From: Thermodesulfobacteriota bacterium | GTDB taxonomy: Bacteria > Desulfobacterota > Desulfobacteria > Desulfobacterales > C00003060 | Reading direction: 5' to 3' | NCBI GenBank assembly: GCA_034189385.1 | Contig: JAXHVD010000022.1 | Coordinates: 8,005-72,004, forward strand | DNA: 64,000 bases | Shown here: positions 59,455-64,000 of the stretch, one piece after another | Layout: the number at the start of each line of letters is the position of its first letter | How positions within the stretch are numbered: the first letter of the stretch is position 1 | The notes under the pieces: model-generated | Seen by the model: the letters and a program-made list of their open reading frames with translations, nothing else | The model's database searches: none | Told to the model about the DNA's origin: nothing | Made by a program: the position numbers and the translations under genes

Positions 59455-60495
59455 TCACAGGAGGTCCCGCATCAGGTTCTCGCTTCCACGAAAGACAGCC
59501 TCAGGATAAATCATGCGCATGCACTCGTGATTGCGGGGACATCTCTTCTGATGACAGGGAGAACAGTCCAATTCCTTACGCAAAACAAGGGTTTTTTCAA
59601 GATTAGCCGCCGTGTAACGGGGATCGGTGGGTCCCATAAGGACCACCACAGGCGTGTCGAAAGCAACAGCATAGTGCCTCGGGCCTGTATCATTAGTGAC
59701 CAGAAGGGCGCATCTTTTGACTAATGGCTTGAGAAGGGCCAAATCAACCCTGTCAGGGGCCGTGTTGATAATAGGCGCTTTGCTTGCCTGAATAATAGAT
59801 CGGGCGATGCCGTCCTCGCCAGGACCTGCAAACAACAGAATTTTGCAGTCCCATTTTTGTGAAAACAATTCAGCAAGTTTTGCAAAATACTCAGGCGGCC
59901 AGCATTTGGATGACCCAAATTTCGCTCCGGGATTCAGGCCTACCACCATATCGCCAGGTTCGATTCCGTAACTAGCAAGGAGCGCGTTTCCCTTTTCTTG
60001 GAGTGCGTGAGACAGAAACAGAGAGGGCCTCACCTTCTGTGGGAGCGTGAGCTTGAGCCAGCGACAGATTTCCATGTAGTAATCCACCATGGGCACAGGG
60101 ACGATACCGTTTCCTGAGCGCATTGGCTCCGGGCCGCCGGTCAGTAGCAGGGATCTATGGTTCCTGAGGTAGCCGTAAATCCTATTGACGCCCCCAAGCC
60201 GTGTGCTCAGGGCAGATCGCATGGAGTTTGGCAACACAATGGCAACATCCGGGTCCAGACAACGGATAGCCTTCACCAGTCTCCAAAATCCCTTGGTAGT
60301 CTTATCATCACAACCGACAATGTGATCAAACCAGGGGCCGTCTTGCACGACGGCGCGCACATAGTTCCTGATGACACCTATCAATCTAGCATCAGGAAAG
60401 TTTTGCCGCAGACAATCCAAAGCTGGAGTCGCCATGACCACATCGCCCACCCAATTGGGGCAACAAACAAGGAGTGTTTCAGCCTGTGTTTTCAC
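59455..60495 (-). CDS. waaF: LPS heptosyltransferase II
   Basis: PNWVGDVVM, LPNS, NPGAKFGSSKCWP and NDTGPRH motifs. Confidence 0.9.
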   Translation of the reverse strand: MKTQAETLLVCCPNWVGDVVMATPALDCLRQNFPDARLIGVIRNYVRAVVQDGPWFDHIVGCDDKTTKGFWRLVKAIRCLDPDVAIVLPNSMRSALSTRLGGVNRIYGYLRNHRSLLLTGGPEPMRSGNGIVPVPMVDYYMEICRWLKLTLPQKVRPSLFLSHALQEKGNALLASYGIEPGDMVVGLNPGAKFGSSKCWPPEYFAKLAELFSQKWDCKILLFAGPGEDGIARSIIQASKAPIINTAPDRVDLALLKPLVKRCALLVTNDTGPRHYAVAFDTPVVVLMGPTDPRYTAANLEKTLVLRKELDCSPCHQKRCPRNHECMRMIYPEAVFRGSENLMRDLL

Positions 60496-60519
60496 AAAAA
60501 TATAAGATCATTCTAAGGT

Positions 60520-61590
60520 TTACGCGATGCCCTGTGTGGCCAGGGCTTCCATAACCTTTTCTTTCACCTTTTCAGGAGATATGAGCCGCATGCACAATCT
60601 GTCAAGGCCGGGGCATTGTTTCTTATAGCAGGGAGAGCAGTCGATAGCGGACTGAACCACAAGATGCTCACTCCCATAGGGTGCGGTTCGCGCAGGCGAT
60701 GTAGGCCCAAATAGTGACACATAGGGGGTGCCCACTGCGGCGGCCAAATGGCCTGGCCCCGAGTCAGGGCCGACACTAACTGCTGCTGCCTTGAGTATGG
60801 CAACAAGTTCAAGAAGCGATGTCTTGCCCACCATATTGACGAGCCGTGGACCATTGATGCTGTCAGAAAGCCTGAGGGCAAGAGTCGTGTCCTGGCCACT
60901 GCCAAGAAGGATGACATACATCCCTTTGACACTCAGGATATCTTTGACCAATTGACAGTAGTGGTCCAGGAACCAGTTCTTGGATTCCCACGAGGATCCC
61001 ATGACCACGGCCACAAAGGGGTGTTCTATCTCACCCAGAACGCTGGTCCTGATATTCTCCAGATCAAGGGAGGCAAGGCCGAAGTCCGGAAATTTTGGCT
61101 CGGACAGTCCGAGGTGGCCCGTGAATTTCAGGTAGTGGCGGAGTTTTGGGAGGTCGTCTCCCGCATTGTCAATATGTTCATTGTTGAAGAGCCAATTGAA
61201 CTCCTTTGCATTGCGCCGATGAAACCCTATCCGCCTCTTCGCCTTTGAAATGAGTGAGAAAAAGCCACTCTTCAGGTGACGCTGAAGGTCCAAAGAAACA
61301 TCGAAGTGTGCTTGAGACAAATCCTTGTACAGATTCCGCACTGCGGAAAGGCCTTTGGGTCGGTTAAAGACGATGACCCTGTCAATATGTGGATGAACTC
61401 TGACGAGCTGGGCCCACTTAGGTTCTATGAGCCATGTCACCTTGCTTCCCGGTAGGCCATCCTTGATATGGGATACCAAGGACAGCCCTCGCGCCACATC
61501 TCCTAAAGACCCCATCAGAACGATCAAAACCGATGGCGCAGAGTTCCGCTGATCAGTAGTGGGGGCCACGGCAAGATCTCCATCGTTCAC
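60520..61590 (-). CDS. GT9 LPS heptosyltransferase (WaaC-like)
   Basis: LIVLMGSLGDV, DLQRHLKS, DSGPGHLA and LFGPT motifs. Confidence 0.9.
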   Translation of the reverse strand: MNDGDLAVAPTTDQRNSAPSVLIVLMGSLGDVARGLSLVSHIKDGLPGSKVTWLIEPKWAQLVRVHPHIDRVIVFNRPKGLSAVRNLYKDLSQAHFDVSLDLQRHLKSGFFSLISKAKRRIGFHRRNAKEFNWLFNNEHIDNAGDDLPKLRHYLKFTGHLGLSEPKFPDFGLASLDLENIRTSVLGEIEHPFVAVVMGSSWESKNWFLDHYCQLVKDILSVKGMYVILLGSGQDTTLALRLSDSINGPRLVNMVGKTSLLELVAILKAAAVSVGPDSGPGHLAAAVGTPYVSLFGPTSPARTAPYGSEHLVVQSAIDCSPCYKKQCPGLDRLCMRLISPEKVKEKVMEALATQGIA

Positions 61591-61604
61591 TCCATTTCAT
61601 AGTC

Positions 61605-62294
61605 TTACTGAAGTGCTGCACTCATCGTGTCACAGAGCACTTTCGGCAGGCCGTGTTTTGTTACCGAGCGCCGCCAACGAGTGAGGTATTGGTGTCGAAG
61701 CCTATTCTTGTCTCCTGGGCAAAGACAGGCCTTGTCAAAATCAACGAGAAATGTGCGGTTATTAGCGTCCACTAAGACATTGCCGGGGTGCAAATCAATG
61801 TGCAGTATGTGATTATCAATAAGAATGCAGACGTGATGGATGAGTTCATCCATGGCAATGCGGGTACGGTCCTGATCCGTGCAACTGAGCTCAGCCAGTG
61901 TTTGGTGTCGCTTAATCAATCTGGTCACCAGCCAGCCTCTGTAAAAGACACTCCCCTTTGAGGCATAGGCGATTGGCTCGGGTGCTCCTACACCTAGGCT
62001 CCTCACTTTGTGAAATACTTCATACTCGATCTGACAGCGGGTCTTTCCTAGCTTCAGGTACCTTCGTTGAACGAGATGTCGAAGAAGGCCTCCACGGATA
62101 TAATATTTAACGACCACCGATCCCACATCTTCGAGTTGAGCAATGGCGACTGAGGTCCTTCCACCTAGCACTGAATGGACACTGTTTGTCGGCATATTAA
62201 AGAGTTGGATGAGCTGCTCAATCTGTCGGTCGGTAAGCTCGGACGACACCCCGAAATGATACGACCCATATGTCCTTGTTAACGCTGGATTCAT
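61605..62294 (-). CDS. Kdo kinase-like protein (KdkA/WaaP family)
   Basis: VVKYYIRGGL, HIDLHPGNVL, LVDFDKA and RWRRSV.K motifs. Confidence 0.85.
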   Translation of the reverse strand: MNPALTRTYGSYHFGVSSELTDRQIEQLIQLFNMPTNSVHSVLGGRTSVAIAQLEDVGSVVVKYYIRGGLLRHLVQRRYLKLGKTRCQIEYEVFHKVRSLGVGAPEPIAYASKGSVFYRGWLVTRLIKRHQTLAELSCTDQDRTRIAMDELIHHVCILIDNHILHIDLHPGNVLVDANNRTFLVDFDKACLCPGDKNRLRHQYLTRWRRSVTKHGLPKVLCDTMSAALQ

Positions 62295-62378
62295 TGAATG
62301 TCCGCCAGGCAGAAGTTTCAAGGCGCGGCCCTTGGCCACAACTAGCTGAAATCAGACACATTTCAGTTTAAACTAGAA

Positions 62379-62407
62379 ATTATAGAGGAATGAAGTCTGT
62401 GTGTCAA
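62379..62407 (-). promoter_or_regulatory. Perfect consensus sigma70 promoter of the kinase-GT9-radical SAM operon
   Basis: Minus-strand TTGACA-N17-TATAAT. Confidence 0.85.
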
Positions 62408-63153
62408 GGAAGTCCCCCGCTCAACATTTGAAGCCTTGCCAGAATGATGACACTTGAGAGGCTGTCTAGTGTCCAAACGCTAGAGGGCTGAGCCTGCACA
62501 GGTGGTAAAGACCAAACAATGTTGGCAAGTTCGCCACCACTCCTTCCAGGTTCGGTGGAAACTGACGCCAGTGCCCACCTTCTTCATGGGCATCTGTGGA
62601 TGGGCACTAGCTCATAGGTACCTCAAGTTTCGCACCCGTATCAACCATTAGAAATAACGGCTAAAAGTGTGCTGGCGTTTCTAAAAAACGGAAGAACCCT
62701 CTTTTTGATGCAATGGGAGCCTCGGCAGTGGGAAATCCGCTTCTCTCCGGCCTCCAATGCCTTTAGCAGTTCTCCGAAGATTCCGGCTCGCAATGGCTGT
62801 AGGCCTTCGTTCACCGAATTTCCCACTCCCTCTGTTGGACGTCCCCGGGGGGGTACAAGTCCTGACAGACCTACCATTAGTGGAAACGCCGAATGCGCCT
62901 CTTTTAAAGCCGCCGGGCGCAAACTTGAGTAGGTACTTTTTCGCGACAATGGCAGGGAACCTCTGTAAATAGTCAATGCTGGGAAGGATTGAGAGGGGCT
63001 TCAGTTCAAATTTGACAGCCGATCTTTTTTTTTCTATCTTCCCAGGGCGGAAAACTGGGTCTGGGCGATGACAGTGCGCGCCAAACGGGATCTTCATGGA
63101 CAGCTTTAGCACATAATCTATGGTCAATTGAGCCTTCCAGAGAGCAGAATCGG

Positions 63154-64000
63154 GTGACACAGCAAGAGAAAGGAGGATGTTCTGCGGACAGCCTCCAGCG
63201 AGAATTCAGGGGGTTTCGGGTAACGACGAGTCCATCAGTCCCACATTTTTCTTTCGACCGGTTGCTTGCCGAAGTCACCCTGTGTGATAAGATCAAGGAC
63301 CGAGTCGTGCGTCAGGTTTATTACTTGGAAGCACCTTACGGGCAGTTTTTTCTTAAACGTAGCACAGTAGTCAGGACCAAAGATCGCCTACGTCACTTCT
63401 TCCTCCCCCGCCGACGCTGGGCGGAATGGCGTCATCTTTGCCGACTGCGAGTCCGTGGTGTGGCTGTACCCGAAGCGCTCTGCCGAGGAGAAAAGGGTGG
63501 TTTAATTCCCGACCAGTTCTTTTTGTTGACTCGAAGGGTGGCTGGTGAGCCCGTATCCTGTCATTCTCTTGAAGAAACAAAAAAGTTGGGCGGCTACGTG
63601 GCCTTCTTGCATTCCTGTGGCGTCTATCATGCCGATCTGCACCCGGAGAACGTTATCATGCAGGAAGATGGCACACCCTGCCTCATTGATGTACAGGAAG
63701 TTTTCTTTCTCCGGTTGCTGCCCACGTGGCTCCGTATTCACAACCTGGGAAAGCTCTGGTTTCATCTTCGAGTCCAAACAGATTCCCAAGATTGCCTGGC
63801 TACGTTCCTCACGGGCTACAATGAAGGGCGCAAAAAGCCGGTAAAGACCTCGGAAGTGATGAAGGCGGCTGACCGTCATCAACAGCGGCACTACTATTCT
63901 CGCGCCAAGCGGTGCTGTAAGAATAGCACTGAGTTTACGGTTATCAAAGAAAAAGGCTTTAGCGGTTATAAGAGAAGAGATTTTCCCTGGGATCTCGAAG
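63154..64000 (+). CDS. LPS kinase (Kdo/WaaP/InaA family), 3' end runs off the window
   Basis: Not in the ORF track. Manual translation stays open to the window end: FFLKR, AEWRHL..L...GVAVP, LHSCGVYHADLHPENV, LID, RIHNL; start approximate. Confidence 0.85.
   Translation, partial: MTQQEKGGCSADSLQREFRGFRVTTSPSVPHFSFDRLLAEVTLCDKIKDRVVRQVYYLEAPYGQFFLKRSTVVRTKDRLRHFFLPRRRWAEWRHLCRLRVRGVAVPEALCRGEKGGLIPDQFFLLTRRVAGEPVSCHSLEETKKLGGYVAFLHSCGVYHADLHPENVIMQEDGTPCLIDVQEVFFLRLLPTWLRIHNLGKLWFHLRVQTDSQDCLATFLTGYNEGRKKPVKTSEVMKAADRHQQRHYYSRAKRCCKNSTEFTVIKEKGFSGYKRRDFPWDLE

Noticed and set aside
62641..63296. Listed short ORFs as intact genes
   Set aside because: Overlapping frames without complete motifs; at best a decayed remnant.

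Overview
Core chromosome of a Gram-negative bacterium, probably Desulfobacterota/deltaproteobacterial (inferred from the PxxKW protein, lpxI and gene order). Bases 1-24 kb carry housekeeping genes (PASTA protein, rsmB, fmt, nfi, ribF, adk, rplM-rpsI-infA, argC, truA, ClC-CBS, aminotransferase, pilC, lysS). Bases 24-64 kb are one large outer-membrane/LPS locus: lol, bamA, skp, lpxD-fabZ-lpxA-lpxI-lpxB, msbA, lptFG, waaA x2, lpxK, four GT9 transferases, four kinases, a two-component system, ArnC/ArnT/PagL-like genes and a B12 radical SAM gene x2. Main points: (1) Two ORFs at 3437-4462 join through an in-frame UGA in a U-G-C motif followed by a SECIS-like hairpin, giving a candidate secreted DUF1573 selenoprotein. 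(2) A 1215-bp AT-rich element without an integrase is inserted at the tRNA-Leu anticodon loop. It keeps arm-type repeats at both ends and carries only a YopX gene and a tRNA with a Gly (CCC) anticodon on an Arg-like body. (3) A three-copy MITE family has 8-bp target duplications, and one copy supplies the truA stop codon. (4) An old, eroded duplication of the waaA-to-sensor-kinase block kept an ATTAC-N6-GTAAT box. (5) An apparently exact 1887-bp tandem duplication of the radical SAM gene breaks at a hairpin apex. All calls come from reading the sequence by eye; no searches were run.
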